This document shows positions 28,416 to 39,266 of a stretch of DNA of 64,000 nucleotides, in pieces; the first letter of the stretch is position 1; each line of letters starts with the position of its first letter. The notes below the pieces were generated by a model. The model was given only the letters and a program-made list of their open reading frames with translations, had not been told where the DNA came from and searched no databases. The position numbers and the translations under genes are program-made. The DNA comes from Salinispira sp. (GTDB lineage Bacteria; Spirochaetota; Spirochaetia; DSM-27196; Salinispiraceae), in assembly GCA_965602015.1 (NCBI GenBank), contig OZ271918.1, positions 192,001 to 256,000 on the forward strand. The letters run 5' to 3'.

Positions 28416-31301
28416 ATGATTGGGAATTACTTACATCTCAGCAACGCGGATTTTGTAGATGATTTGTATCGGGAGTGGCAGGAAGATCCCGAATCGGTGG
28501 ACTCCGACTGGAGGGCCTATTTTGAGCGCCTTTATTCCGGCGAACTGGACCCGGTTCTCGAGGGTCACGGACAGCGCGATCCTCACGCGAACGGCCGCAG
28601 GGTCTTGGATCCCTCCGGCCTGATCAGCGTTGCCGACCCGGAAAAGGGCGCCCGGCATGCCACCGGTCAGGACGGCAATCAGCATATCGATAAGAACAGC
28701 CATGCCTACAAGCAATCCCGGGTCAATGCGATGATCTGGGCCTTTCGGGACATCGGTTATTTGTATGCCGATCTCAATCCTTTAAAAGGCTATATCACCC
28801 CGGAACTCTGGTACATGATGTTCGCAGTCGAGGGGAACTATGAGTCCCTTACCCTGGAAGAATTCGGTCTGGAAGAAAGCGATCTCGACACCCCCTTCCT
28901 CACCGGCCGCTTCATTGAAGAAGAGACCCTCACTCTCCGGGAAATTCTGGAAAGAATGCGCCGGGTATATTGCGGCACCATGGGCTCGGAAGTTCTTCAT
29001 ATCCAGAACAAGGCGGTGCGAAACTGGCTCATCAGCCGTCTCGAGGGCCCCAAAGCCCACCAGGGCTGGCAGCCCGAGGCGAAGATCCAATTCCAGCAGG
29101 ATCTCATCAGGGCTGAGGAGTTCGAACGCTTCATCCACTCGAATTTTATCGGCCAAAAGCGGTTCTCCCTGGAAGGCGGAGAAGCCCTGATACCCGGGCT
29201 CCATCATCTCTTTATCGCCATGGCCAAACAGGGGGTAGAAGAAGCCGTGCTCGGCATGGCTCACCGGGGCCGGCTGAATGTGTTCGTCAACGCAATGAAC
29301 AAACCGGCCGTCGATATTTTCGCCCGATTCGTTGACAACTATTCTCCCCACACCTACGGCGGCAGCGGAGATGTGAAGTATCACCTGGGATACTCGGTCG
29401 ATTTTTCCCCCGCGGACATCGACAGGGTCATGCACATCGGGTTGGTTGCCAATCCGAGTCATTTGGAAGCCGTAGATCCCGTTGTCGAGGGAAAGGCCCG
29501 GGGCGTTCAGCGCCGGCGAAAAGACCGGCACCGCAAAAAGGTCATTCCCATCCTTATACACGGCGATTCGGCGTTTTCAGGGCAGGGAATAGTCGCCGAA
29601 ACCTTGAACCTCTCCCAGCTCAAGGGCTACCGCACCGGGGGAACCATTCACATCATCGTGAACAATCAAATCGGATTCACCACGGCCAGTCAGGACAGCA
29701 GATCGACATTTTTTGCCACGGATATTGCGAAATCCATCAGCATTCCGATTTTTCACGTAAATGGGGATGATCCGGAAAGCGTTACCCGGGCGATGGATCT
29801 GGCATTGAGCTTCCGGCAGAAATTCGGCCAGGACGTTATTGTGGATATTATCTGCTACCGGCGCCTGGGCCACAATGAAGCCGATGAGCCCAGTTTCTCC
29901 CATCCCCGGATGTACGAGCGCATAAAAAACCATAAAAGCGCCCGGCAGCTGTATGCCGAGCGCTTGCTTAGCGAAGGCGTGTGGTCCAAACAACAGCAGC
30001 AGGAGTTCACCGAGCAGTACACAGGACAATTAAAAGAACATTTGCAGCAGGCAAAAGACGGGTATGAGCCGAGCATGAACGACGCATACCAGGGCGATGT
30101 GTGGAGGGATTTTCAGCGCACCTACACCTTTGCTCCGGTGAATACTGCGGTGGAGCGGGAGCGCCTGGAGCATATTGCCCACAAGCTTGTCACCGTGCCC
30201 GAGAATTTCAATGTTCACCCGAAACTAAAGCGCTTCACTTCAGGCCGGGAACAGCAGTTCTTCACCGACAACGCCATTGATTGGGGCTTTGCCGAGAGCC
30301 TGGCATTCGGCAGCCTGCTTGCCGAGGGTCACGCCATCCGTCTGTCGGGAGAGGACTGCCGCCGGGGCACCTTCAGCCATCGGCATGCGGTCTGGTGGGA
30401 TATCGCCAGTCCGGTTCCCAAGAGCTATGTGGCGCTCCGTTCGCTCTATCCCGATCAAGCCTGGTTTTCCGTGTACGACAGCCCGTTAAGCGAATTTTCC
30501 GTACTTGGTTTTGACTACGGGTACACCCTGGCAACTCCCAACAGCCTCACTGTGTGGGAGGGCCAGTTCGGCGACTTCGTCAACGGCGCTCAGGTTATTA
30601 TCGATCAGTTCATCGCCGCCAGCGAAACCAAATGGTTCCGCTCGTCGGGACTGGTCCTGCTGTTGCCCCACGGGTATGAAGGGCAGGGCCCCGAGCATTC
30701 TTCGGCATTTCTCGAGCGGTTCCTCAGTCTGTGCGCCGAAGACAACATGCAGGTAATCAACGCCACGACACCGGCCCAGTACTTCCACGTTCTCAGGCGG
30801 CAGATGAAACAGAAGTACCGCAAGCCCCTCATCATCATGAGTCCAAAGAGCCTGCTGCGTCTGAAAGAGTGTGTCAGTCCCGTCGAAGAGTTTATCGAAG
30901 GGCACTTCCGCACGGTTATCGATGACGCCGATCGCAGCGGCGGGGAAACGCGCATTCTGTTTTGCAGCGGGAAGGTATATTACGATCTGATCTCTGAAAA
31001 ACGCGAGCGGGGGCGAAAGGACGTGGCAATAGTCCGCCTCGAGCAGATCCATCCCTTCCCCGAGGAGGAGCTTACAAGACTGGTGAGCGAATACCCCAAG
31101 GCCGAAGAGTTCTTCTGGGTCCAGGAAGAGACGGAAAACCGGGGCGCCTGGATGTTCGTCCAGTACCGACAGCGGCGCTTTTTGCCCGACGGAAAAGAAC
31201 TGCGTTACATCGGACGGGGGCCCTCTCCCAGTCCCGCTACCGGGTCGCATAAGCAGCACACCCAGGAACTTCGGGATTTTCTCGACAGTGCCTTTGAATA
31301 G
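28416..31301 (+). CDS. sucA: 2-oxoglutarate dehydrogenase E1
   Basis: KRFSLEG, GMAHRGRLN, GDVKYHLG, HGDSAF.GQG, HGYEGQGPEHSS. Confidence 0.95.
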   Translation: MIGNYLHLSNADFVDDLYREWQEDPESVDSDWRAYFERLYSGELDPVLEGHGQRDPHANGRRVLDPSGLISVADPEKGARHATGQDGNQHIDKNSHAYKQSRVNAMIWAFRDIGYLYADLNPLKGYITPELWYMMFAVEGNYESLTLEEFGLEESDLDTPFLTGRFIEEETLTLREILERMRRVYCGTMGSEVLHIQNKAVRNWLISRLEGPKAHQGWQPEAKIQFQQDLIRAEEFERFIHSNFIGQKRFSLEGGEALIPGLHHLFIAMAKQGVEEAVLGMAHRGRLNVFVNAMNKPAVDIFARFVDNYSPHTYGGSGDVKYHLGYSVDFSPADIDRVMHIGLVANPSHLEAVDPVVEGKARGVQRRRKDRHRKKVIPILIHGDSAFSGQGIVAETLNLSQLKGYRTGGTIHIIVNNQIGFTTASQDSRSTFFATDIAKSISIPIFHVNGDDPESVTRAMDLALSFRQKFGQDVIVDIICYRRLGHNEADEPSFSHPRMYERIKNHKSARQLYAERLLSEGVWSKQQQQEFTEQYTGQLKEHLQQAKDGYEPSMNDAYQGDVWRDFQRTYTFAPVNTAVERERLEHIAHKLVTVPENFNVHPKLKRFTSGREQQFFTDNAIDWGFAESLAFGSLLAEGHAIRLSGEDCRRGTFSHRHAVWWDIASPVPKSYVALRSLYPDQAWFSVYDSPLSEFSVLGFDYGYTLATPNSLTVWEGQFGDFVNGAQVIIDQFIAASETKWFRSSGLVLLLPHGYEGQGPEHSSAFLERFLSLCAEDNMQVINATTPAQYFHVLRRQMKQKYRKPLIIMSPKSLLRLKECVSPVEEFIEGHFRTVIDDADRSGGETRILFCSGKVYYDLISEKRERGRKDVAIVRLEQIHPFPEEELTRLVSEYPKAEEFFWVQEETENRGAWMFVQYRQRRFLPDGKELRYIGRGPSPSPATGSHKQHTQELRDFLDSAFE

Positions 31302-31322
31302 ATTGAGTTCAGGAGTTGGAAC

Positions 31323-32669
31323 ATGACTGACATAGTGGTTCCCAATGTAGGAGAATCGGTTAGCAGCGGTATAATTGCGAGCTGGCTTGTTGAAGACGGC
31401 GCATTTGTATCGGAGGGTGAAAATCTCTTCGAGCTGGAAACCGACAAGGCGACAATGGAAGTGCCGGCCACCGTCAGCGGAGTGGTGAAGATCGGCGCTG
31501 CCGAGGGCGACGAGGTTGAAGTCGGCGCTTCGGTGGGCAGCATCGACGAGAGCGCCGAAGCACCCGGTAAATCCGACCAGGCCTCCGAAGCGGATGCAGC
31601 CGGTGCCGGTGAATCAAACAAACCTCCGGCCGCGGCAGATTCTTCTTCAGTGCCAAAACCCGAAGCGCCCAATAAGCCTTTGCCCGAACCGGTCGAATCA
31701 AATTCTGCCCCGGCAAAACCCGCGCCTTCGAAATCCGCCGCCTCAAAACCGGCTCCGGCGGCTAAAGTTGCTAAACGAACTCTTGACGATCTCTCCCCGG
31801 CGGTCCGTCGTTTGGTAGAGGAACTAAGCCTCGATCCGTCCGCCATTCCCGCCGCCGACCCCTCGGGGCGGCTCACCAAGGAAGACGTCCAGAATTACGT
31901 AAAAGGCGCCTCATCGGGAGGCTCAGCGGGGGTAAAACGACAGCCAGCCCTCAGCGGCGATATTAATCCCCAGCGCCAGCGTCGGGTTCCCATGACCAAT
32001 CTCCGCAAGCGCATCGCCGAGAAACTGGTTGAGAGCAAACAGACTTCCGCCCATTTGACGACGTTCAACGAGGTCGACATGAAGGCTGTAATGGATATAC
32101 GGAAGGCGTACAAGGAGAGTTTTGAGAAAAAACACGGGGTGCGCCTGGGCTTTATGAGCTTCTTCCTCAAGGCGGCGGTAAAGGCCCTCCAGGAATATCC
32201 CGAGGTGAACGCCTTCGTAGACGGCACCGATGTCATCTACAATGATTTTTACGACATCGGTGTTGCCCTGTCATCAGACCGGGGGCTTATGACCCCGGTT
32301 GTCCGGGATGTAGACCATCTGGGATTTGCAGACATCGAATCGACCATCATGGACTTTATTCAGCGTGCCCAGAAGAAAAAAATTATGCCCGACGAGCTGA
32401 TGGGCGGGACATTCACCATCTCAAACGGCGGGGTGTTCGGCTCCATGCTTTCCACGCCCATACCAAATCCGCCGCAAACCGCGGTGCTGGGAATGCACAG
32501 CATCCAGCAAAGGCCGGTGGTACGCGACGGCGAAATCGTCATCCGTCCCATGATGTATCTGGCGCTTACCTATGACCATCGGATTCTCGACGGACGGGAA
32601 GCAATTGGCTTTCTCAAGAGCATTAAGGATGCGGTGGAGGATCCCAACAGCCTGCTGTTGGATGTATGA
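31323..32669 (+). CDS. sucB: Dihydrolipoyllysine-residue succinyltransferase E2
   Basis: Lipoyl domain [11 protein letters not shown], Ala/Pro-rich linker, YDHRILDG. Confidence 0.95.
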   Translation: MTDIVVPNVGESVSSGIIASWLVEDGAFVSEGENLFELETDKATMEVPATVSGVVKIGAAEGDEVEVGASVGSIDESAEAPGKSDQASEADAAGAGESNKPPAAADSSSVPKPEAPNKPLPEPVESNSAPAKPAPSKSAASKPAPAAKVAKRTLDDLSPAVRRLVEELSLDPSAIPAADPSGRLTKEDVQNYVKGASSGGSAGVKRQPALSGDINPQRQRRVPMTNLRKRIAEKLVESKQTSAHLTTFNEVDMKAVMDIRKAYKESFEKKHGVRLGFMSFFLKAAVKALQEYPEVNAFVDGTDVIYNDFYDIGVALSSDRGLMTPVVRDVDHLGFADIESTIMDFIQRAQKKKIMPDELMGGTFTISNGGVFGSMLSTPIPNPPQTAVLGMHSIQQRPVVRDGEIVIRPMMYLALTYDHRILDGREAIGFLKSIKDAVEDPNSLLLDV

Positions 32670-32695
32670 GCCTGCACTGAGCTGAGGATAGAAAA

Positions 32696-34189
32696 ATGAG
32701 CGACGAAAAAAACTTCGATCTGATAGTAATCGGCGCGGGCCCCGGCGGGTATGTGGCTGCCATCAGGGCGGCCCAGCTCGGCATGAGTGTGGCGTTGGTC
32801 GAAAAGATGGAGAGTCTCGGGGGAACCTGCCTCAATGTCGGGTGCATCCCTTCCAAGGCCCTGCTCGATTCTTCGGGCCATTTCCACAGCGTTCAGCACC
32901 GCATTGCTGAGCACGGTATTTTGGTGAAGGCCGCTGACGTGAACATGGAGACCATGATCGGACGCAAGGCCGCTGTGGTAAAAAAGCTGACCGACGGGGT
33001 CGCCGGTCTTATCAAGGGACGCAAGGTCAGCCGCCACCAGGGAATCGGCATTCTCCGTCCGGGCGACGGTAAGCATCGGGTGGAAGTGTATGACAACCCG
33101 CTCCCGTTATGGGAGCGTTCAATCGGCGGCCTTGACCAGGCAGCTCAGAAGTCCGACAGTGAAGCGGCATCAGCAAAGCCCCTAGAGGTTTTGTTGGCGA
33201 AAAACGTGATTTTGGCCACCGGCAGTCAACCCGTGGAGCTGCCCTTTATACCTTTCAACGGTAAGTCGGTCATCTCATCCACCGGAGCCTTAAGCCTTAT
33301 CGACATACCCAAATCCATGGCGATTATCGGAGCCGGCGCTATCGGGCTGGAAATGGCCCAGGTGTGGGCTTCACTGGGGGCAAAGGTGACGGTCATCGAA
33401 ATGATGAAGCAGATCCTTCCCGGCTGGGATTCCCAGATCGCCAAAACCCTCATGAAGGAGTTCAAGGAACTCGGGGTGGAATTTCTGCTTGATAATTCGG
33501 TGAAATCCGCAAAGGTTTTGAAAACCGGGGTAAAATTGAGTCTTGAGAAGGATCCCGGAGAACTAAAGGTCGACAAGGTACTGGTAGCCGTCGGTCGTCG
33601 GCCCGCCCTTGACAGCGCAGGTATTCCGGAAGCCGGCATCAAACTCAGCGAGGACCGCCGGCGGATTGCCGTGGATTCGGACTACCGGACATCGGTGCCC
33701 GGGGTCTACGCAATCGGCGATCTGGTTCCCGGTCCCATGCTGGCCCACAAGGCTGAAGACGAGGCTGTGGTCTGCGTCGAACGCATGAACGATATACCCG
33801 CGCACCTGGATTATGACGCGGTCCCCGGGGTCGTCTATACCCATCCGGAAGGCGCAACCGTCGGCTGGAGCGAGGAACGGCTCAAGGAAGCGGGGATGGA
33901 GTATAACAAGGGGAACTTTCCCTTGGCAGCCAACGGCCGGGCCCTGGCCCTTGGCAGCAGCGGGGGGTTCGTAAAAATTCTCGCCGATAAAACTACCGAC
34001 CGCATTCTCGGCGCCCACATCGTCGGCCCCTGGGCAAGCGACCTAATCGCTGAGATTGTCGCGGTCATGGAAATGAAGGGAAGTGCCGAAGATATCGCGC
34101 GCATCGTGCACGCCCATCCGACCCTCCCCGAAGCGGTGAAGGAAGCCGCCCTCGGGGTTCACGGACGAAGCATACACTCGCTGCGCTGA
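32696..34189 (+). CDS. lpdA: Dihydrolipoyl dehydrogenase E3
   Basis: GAGPGGY, GGTCLNVGCIPSK, HAHPTLPE. Confidence 0.95.
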   Translation: MSDEKNFDLIVIGAGPGGYVAAIRAAQLGMSVALVEKMESLGGTCLNVGCIPSKALLDSSGHFHSVQHRIAEHGILVKAADVNMETMIGRKAAVVKKLTDGVAGLIKGRKVSRHQGIGILRPGDGKHRVEVYDNPLPLWERSIGGLDQAAQKSDSEAASAKPLEVLLAKNVILATGSQPVELPFIPFNGKSVISSTGALSLIDIPKSMAIIGAGAIGLEMAQVWASLGAKVTVIEMMKQILPGWDSQIAKTLMKEFKELGVEFLLDNSVKSAKVLKTGVKLSLEKDPGELKVDKVLVAVGRRPALDSAGIPEAGIKLSEDRRRIAVDSDYRTSVPGVYAIGDLVPGPMLAHKAEDEAVVCVERMNDIPAHLDYDAVPGVVYTHPEGATVGWSEERLKEAGMEYNKGNFPLAANGRALALGSSGGFVKILADKTTDRILGAHIVGPWASDLIAEIVAVMEMKGSAEDIARIVHAHPTLPEAVKEAALGVHGRSIHSLR

Positions 34190-34256
34190 CCGGCAATACC
34201 GCATACGCGGGCGGCTGAGACGGGGCAGTAATCAGTACATACACTCGGAGGATAGA

Positions 34257-35399
34257 ATGGCAACAGTTGAGTATTCAAAAGGTCTTGAGGGGGTGGTGGC
34301 CGCCGAAAGTTCCATATGCCGGATTGACGGTCAAAACGGGGAATTGTATTACCGGGGGTACCCCATCTCTTCCCTGGCCCGAAAGGTCAGTTTTGAAGAG
34401 GTGATATATCTCCTGCTGTACGGCGATCTGCCGAACAAGGCGGAGTACGAGAAATTTCATTTGAAGGTGCGGAGCCAACGGGACATTAACCCCTCAATTC
34501 TGGAGATGATCAAGAACTTCCCCAAGGATAGCCATCCAATGGAGCTTCTCCAGTCGAGCATCGCCTACCTGAGCGCATACATCGATCACCGGATTGTTCA
34601 CTCCGCCACCTGCCACTGTACATCCACCCTGCATCAGGTTACACAGTTGGCGACGGTTGTCGCGGCCTTTCACCGAATCACAAACGGTCTCGAGTACGTG
34701 GCGCCCCGGAAGGATTTGAGTTTCGGTGCGAATTTTCTGTATATGCTGCGTGGCGAGGAGCCGGGAGAACTCGAGGGGAAGGTCATGGATGCCTGCTTTA
34801 CCCTGCATGCGGAGCATCATTTTAACGCGTCGACGTTCACCGCCAGGGTAGTGGCTTCCACCAACTCAACCTGCTACAGCAGCATTTCCGCAGCAATCGG
34901 AGCGCTCTACGGAAGTCTTCACGGCGGGGCTAATGAAAAAGTAATGAATATGGTCGATGATATCGGCAGTCCCGAGAATGCCGAAGCCTGGGTAAATAAC
35001 GCCCTGGCGAATAAACAGAAAATCATGGGAATGGGCCACCGGGTCTACAAGGCGAAGGATCCCAGGTCGGTAATCATGGAAGACTTTCTCGAGACCCTCT
35101 CAAAGGAAAAGGGCGACGACAGCAATCTTCGCATCCTCAAAACCGTGGAGCGGGTTGCCGGAGCCCACATGAAGGAAAAAGACAAAGACGTCTATCCGAA
35201 TGTGGATTTCTTCTCTGGCGCAGTATACGGACTCCTTGGAATTCCCAAGAAGCTCTACACGCCGATTTTTGCTGCCTCCCGGGTAGCCGGCTGGCTTGCC
35301 CATATTCTCGAACAGAGGGAAGACAACCGGCTCTACCGCCCCACGGCGATATACACCGGCCCGGAAGGAAAGAAGGTGGTTCCCCTGTCGGAACGCTGA
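34257..35399 (+). CDS. gltA: Citrate synthase (citrate/2-methylcitrate synthase family)
   Basis: HAEH.FNAST, LHGGANE, GMGHRVYK..DPR, PNVDF. Confidence 0.88.
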   Translation: MATVEYSKGLEGVVAAESSICRIDGQNGELYYRGYPISSLARKVSFEEVIYLLLYGDLPNKAEYEKFHLKVRSQRDINPSILEMIKNFPKDSHPMELLQSSIAYLSAYIDHRIVHSATCHCTSTLHQVTQLATVVAAFHRITNGLEYVAPRKDLSFGANFLYMLRGEEPGELEGKVMDACFTLHAEHHFNASTFTARVVASTNSTCYSSISAAIGALYGSLHGGANEKVMNMVDDIGSPENAEAWVNNALANKQKIMGMGHRVYKAKDPRSVIMEDFLETLSKEKGDDSNLRILKTVERVAGAHMKEKDKDVYPNVDFFSGAVYGLLGIPKKLYTPIFAASRVAGWLAHILEQREDNRLYRPTAIYTGPEGKKVVPLSER

Positions 35400-35435
35400 A
35401 ACCACTATGGCACTCGCCACTTTTGGCGTCTTGGT

Positions 35436-36419
35436 CTATTTCAACCAGCGGAGGACGTATTTCCACACTCCATACCATACAATCGACCGGGTCAATGATT
35501 TGATCATTGCCCGGTTTTTTTTATCTCCGATTGCTTGGCTCCCCGCGGTGCTCTCATTGATTTCTTGGCGGACCGGAGGGCGAAATCCTTCGGACAGCAT
35601 TGAGAAGCTCATATAGGAGGGTGAAAGGGCCCCCTCCGGACAGCCGTAAAGACAGCGCATGCATAACACGCAACTGTCGGAAAAAACGGGAAAGCTCGAT
35701 TCCTCCATGGATATGTTTCCTACAGGACAGCTTCTCGAGCACCAGCCGCAGGAACTGCAGCTGTGATTAACCTCGATGCCTCTGCCAAAGCGGCTTGCCC
35801 CCCGCTGCTCAAGTGAAGCCAGCCAACTGACCGCCGCCGAGCCCGCCGCGAAGCCGCTTCGCCGGCGGGTGCCGTTGTGTATTTCCCGGGCAATGGTGGC
35901 GATATGGCGGTAAGCGGCGGTGAGGATGAAGGGCACCAGTTTAGGTGGAGTTGATACCGTCCAATTGGACGGCATCACCAGCATATCCTCGTAGTCCACT
36001 TCGAATCCTCTGAGCTCCAGGCCGCGTATGACCCGACGGCGGCAGTCATTATTCGGCCACAGGGCCCCCCCGGCTGAGACTGACAGTACTGCGGCTAGTA
36101 CCGGTTTTGTCTCCTGCCGGCCATCCGCATCAGGCCATGGGGCGGAGGGATGTTCCAGGCTTTCCACCCAGCGGCGCACCGGAGCCGGCGGCCCGCCGGC
36201 GTATACGGGATACATTAGAATCAGTCGGTTGCAATTCTTGGGAAGGACTATTTCATCAATGCTTTGGACCGACTTTTCGCTTCTCCCATATGCGCTGAGG
36301 TCCAGGGGGATGAGTCGGCAGCAAGCGCTGCCCTCCGCCGCCTGGATTCTGTCGGCCAACAGCCTGGCGCAGTATGCAGTCCCCCCGGTGCCGCTGAAAT
36401 AGGCGACGGCGCCGATCAC
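35436..36419 (-). CDS. EFR1-like protein: flavodoxin-like N-terminal domain plus 2x[4Fe-4S] ferredoxin
   Basis: YFSGTGGT; CSSCGWCSRSCP and CVLCMRCLYGCP; GTG start overlaps the upstream stop. Confidence 0.8.
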   Translation of the reverse strand: MIGAVAYFSGTGGTAYCARLLADRIQAAEGSACCRLIPLDLSAYGRSEKSVQSIDEIVLPKNCNRLILMYPVYAGGPPAPVRRWVESLEHPSAPWPDADGRQETKPVLAAVLSVSAGGALWPNNDCRRRVIRGLELRGFEVDYEDMLVMPSNWTVSTPPKLVPFILTAAYRHIATIAREIHNGTRRRSGFAAGSAAVSWLASLEQRGASRFGRGIEVNHSCSSCGWCSRSCPVGNISMEESSFPVFSDSCVLCMRCLYGCPEGALSPSYMSFSMLSEGFRPPVRQEINESTAGSQAIGDKKNRAMIKSLTRSIVWYGVWKYVLRWLK

Positions 36420-36988
36420 AGGTATTTCTCCACCCAGCTGACCTCGCTGATTCGGTACCCCTCCCGGACGTACATTGCCCGTGCCGCCGCATTTTCCAAG
36501 CCAGTGAGGCATGCGATATATAGCGCTCCCCGCTCCCGTGCCCAGGATTCAATTGTTGTGAGAAGACCGCTGCCGATGCCCCGCCCGCGGGCATTCCGGG
36601 CAACATGCAGTTCATTGAGCCAGAGGTACTCGCCGCCGGATTCCAGGCCGCAGCAGCAGTTCGCGAAGGCGAAGCCCAACAGTGTCGACTGATTCACAAG
36701 TTCCGCGGCCCCGGGATCCGGGGCCTTCGGGTCCAAATACTCCGACGGAATATCCTCTAAAGCGAAGGCGAAAAGCGGGTCCGCTCCCCCCGCTTCCGCC
36801 GATCGGCGTACCGCAGCCACGCGCCGTTCCGCCTCGGACTCGGACGGACCATTAGTATCGGTTTGCAATTGTGCGCAGATCAATTGCGTTAGAGCTGCGG
36901 GAGTAAACTCAAGTTCCGATGCCCGGGCGGTAATAAAAACCGGCGCAGATCCCCGGCTATTAACTGACTGCTTCGATAAACTTTTCAT
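36416..36988 (-). CDS. GNAT family N-acetyltransferase
   Basis: LHV...ARGRGIGS, N.AA..MY...GY. Confidence 0.8.
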   Translation of the reverse strand: MKSLSKQSVNSRGSAPVFITARASELEFTPAALTQLICAQLQTDTNGPSESEAERRVAAVRRSAEAGGADPLFAFALEDIPSEYLDPKAPDPGAAELVNQSTLLGFAFANCCCGLESGGEYLWLNELHVARNARGRGIGSGLLTTIESWARERGALYIACLTGLENAAARAMYVREGYRISEVSWVEKYL

Positions 36989-37109
36989 TGAGATATCCCG
37001 TTAGTCATATTATACATAGTATACCGGACCGGGCAGGACCGGCGACAAGCAATCCGGGCGGGAAACCAAGCCCGACGATCTAATACCACACACAATATCT
37101 GGAGAAAAC

Positions 37110-38498
37110 ATGGCAGAATACCGTAGCGAATCAGACAGCATGGGGCAAATCAATCTTCCGTCGTGGGCGTATTGGGGAGCGCAGACCCAGCGGGCTGTGG
37201 AAAATTTCAAAATTTCTGGCATACCCCTCCCGCTTCCGATGATCAGGTCCATCGCCCTCATAAAGAAGAATGCAGCCATTGCCAACATGAAGCTGGGGCT
37301 GGTTGAGAAGCATCTCGGCGATGCGGTGGTCCAGGCCGCAGAAGAAGTAATCAAGGGTAAGTGGGACGAACACTTTCCCATCGACGTCTTCCAGACCGGA
37401 AGCGGCACCAGTAGCAATATGAACACCAATGAAGTGATTTCAAACAGGGCCAACGAGATCCTTGGAGAGCCCATCGGCAAACGGCATCCGGTGCATCCCA
37501 ATGATCACGTAAACCGGGGACAGAGCTCTAACGACGTGATTCCGACGGCGGTTCATATCTCCAATCGCATTGAAGCGGAGCAGCTGGTGCAGGCCATCGA
37601 CGACCTGGCCGCTGCTTTTCGTGAAAAGGAACGGGAGTTCGAAGGAGTCATAAAACTCGGGCGCACCCATCTGCAGGACGCCGTACCCATGACCCTCGGT
37701 CAGGAGTTTTCCGCCTATGCGGTCCAAATGGAAAAATGCGCTGCCCGACTTCGGGGGACCTTTGGAAACCTCGAGGAGCTGCCATTGGGAGGAACGGCAA
37801 TCGGCACGGGACTGAACACTCACCCCGACTTTTCAGCCCTGGCGGTGGAAGGCATCGCAAAGGACAGCGGTATTCCCTTCCGTCCGGCCAGGAATCTGTT
37901 TGAGGGCATTGCCGCCCGGGATGCCCAGGTTGAGTTTATGGGCGCGGTAAACGTGCTCGCCACTGCCCTGATGAAAATCGGCAATGACCTGCGCATACTG
38001 GCCAGCGGCCCCCGGGGCGCTTTGGGAGAAATCGTCCTGCCTAGCCTCCAGCCCGGGTCTTCCATTATGCCCGGCAAGGTGAATCCGGTTATTCCGGAGA
38101 TGCTGATACAGGTTGCCGCCCACATTCATGGAAAAGTGCTGTCGGTTACCATGGGGGGGCAAAATTCCCCCCTTGAGCTGAATATGATGAATCCCCTCAT
38201 CGCGTATGAGGTATTGGGTTCCATTGAAATACTGACCAATGCAATTCGCACCCTTGCGGATAAGGCTGTCAGGGGAACCACAGCGGATGTGGATCGCTGC
38301 CGCCATTGGATCGACTGGAGCCTTGCCATGGTGACCCCCCTGGCCATCAAAATCGGTTATGACGAGGCCACCAGGCTTGCATACAAGGCGTACAAGGAAA
38401 AAAAGAAAATCCGCGAGGTCGTTCTCGAAGCTGGGGTGATGGATGCCGCCGAGCTCGATGAGGTTCTCGATCCCGTCGGGATGGTTAAAAATTCTTGA
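37110..38498 (+). CDS. fumC: Class II fumarate hydratase
   Basis: GAQTQRA, QTGSGTSSNMN, GRTHLQDA, GSSIMPGKVNP. Confidence 0.92.
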   Translation: MAEYRSESDSMGQINLPSWAYWGAQTQRAVENFKISGIPLPLPMIRSIALIKKNAAIANMKLGLVEKHLGDAVVQAAEEVIKGKWDEHFPIDVFQTGSGTSSNMNTNEVISNRANEILGEPIGKRHPVHPNDHVNRGQSSNDVIPTAVHISNRIEAEQLVQAIDDLAAAFREKEREFEGVIKLGRTHLQDAVPMTLGQEFSAYAVQMEKCAARLRGTFGNLEELPLGGTAIGTGLNTHPDFSALAVEGIAKDSGIPFRPARNLFEGIAARDAQVEFMGAVNVLATALMKIGNDLRILASGPRGALGEIVLPSLQPGSSIMPGKVNPVIPEMLIQVAAHIHGKVLSVTMGGQNSPLELNMMNPLIAYEVLGSIEILTNAIRTLADKAVRGTTADVDRCRHWIDWSLAMVTPLAIKIGYDEATRLAYKAYKEKKKIREVVLEAGVMDAAELDEVLDPVGMVKNS

Positions 38499-38546
38499 GA
38501 AAACGCTCCGCAGCGTTTAAGCTGAAAGCAGAAGGGACGGTAATAC

Positions 38547-39227
38547 ATGAAACACTTGAATCAGACAGATCCGGCATACATCTCCGCGATGACGGAGTTT
38601 ATGGAAGGCGATTGGCAAGCCGCTGAAAAATCCTTTTTGGGTTTGAAGGAGCAGTATCCCGAGAGCAGCTTTATCCGGCTCACCCTGGGGAATATCTATT
38701 ATTCCATGGGTCGCTTGAACAAGAGCATAGAGTTTTATGAAGAAGCCCTTGAAATCGAACCTGAATGGGGAGTCGCCTACTATAAAATCGGCGTGACCTA
38801 TTTCCGGGCGGGAAAACTGGTTAAATCACTGGCGGCATTTAACAAGGTGTTGGATTTAAAGAACCAGAGCCACGCCATGGCTTCCTACTTTGTCGGACTT
38901 ATCAACTTTTTTTTGGGCCGTGACGAGGTCTCCGATACGGCCTTCACGAATTTTCATGAAATAGCTCCGGAATCCATGATTGCGAACTATTTTCTCGCCG
39001 AGATCAAAATAAAAAAGAACCATTTTAATGAGGCCATTGCCCTTCTTGAAGAGCTTCTCGAGGAGACCCCGAAGCTCGCCGAGGCATGGTATATGCTCGG
39101 CCAGTCATACTACGGTCTGCATCGCAACACCGATGCCATCAAAGCCTTCAGAAAGGTCCTGGAAATTAACCCAGAGGATTCCCGGGCGAAGACAAAGCTC
39201 ACGCTTATGACTGATGTCGAATGGTGA
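38547..39227 (+). CDS. Tetratricopeptide repeat protein
   Basis: Repeated LG..Y...G....A...F...L.I.P pattern. Confidence 0.85.
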   Translation: MKHLNQTDPAYISAMTEFMEGDWQAAEKSFLGLKEQYPESSFIRLTLGNIYYSMGRLNKSIEFYEEALEIEPEWGVAYYKIGVTYFRAGKLVKSLAAFNKVLDLKNQSHAMASYFVGLINFFLGRDEVSDTAFTNFHEIAPESMIANYFLAEIKIKKNHFNEAIALLEELLEETPKLAEAWYMLGQSYYGLHRNTDAIKAFRKVLEINPEDSRAKTKLTLMTDVEW

Positions 39228-39266
39228 TCCGTTAAGCCCCGGATTCGGGGCCTGAGGAGATAAATC

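Noticed and set aside
31560..31770. KPAP-type repeats in sucB
   Set aside because: Ordinary Ala/Pro-rich linker of E2 subunits.
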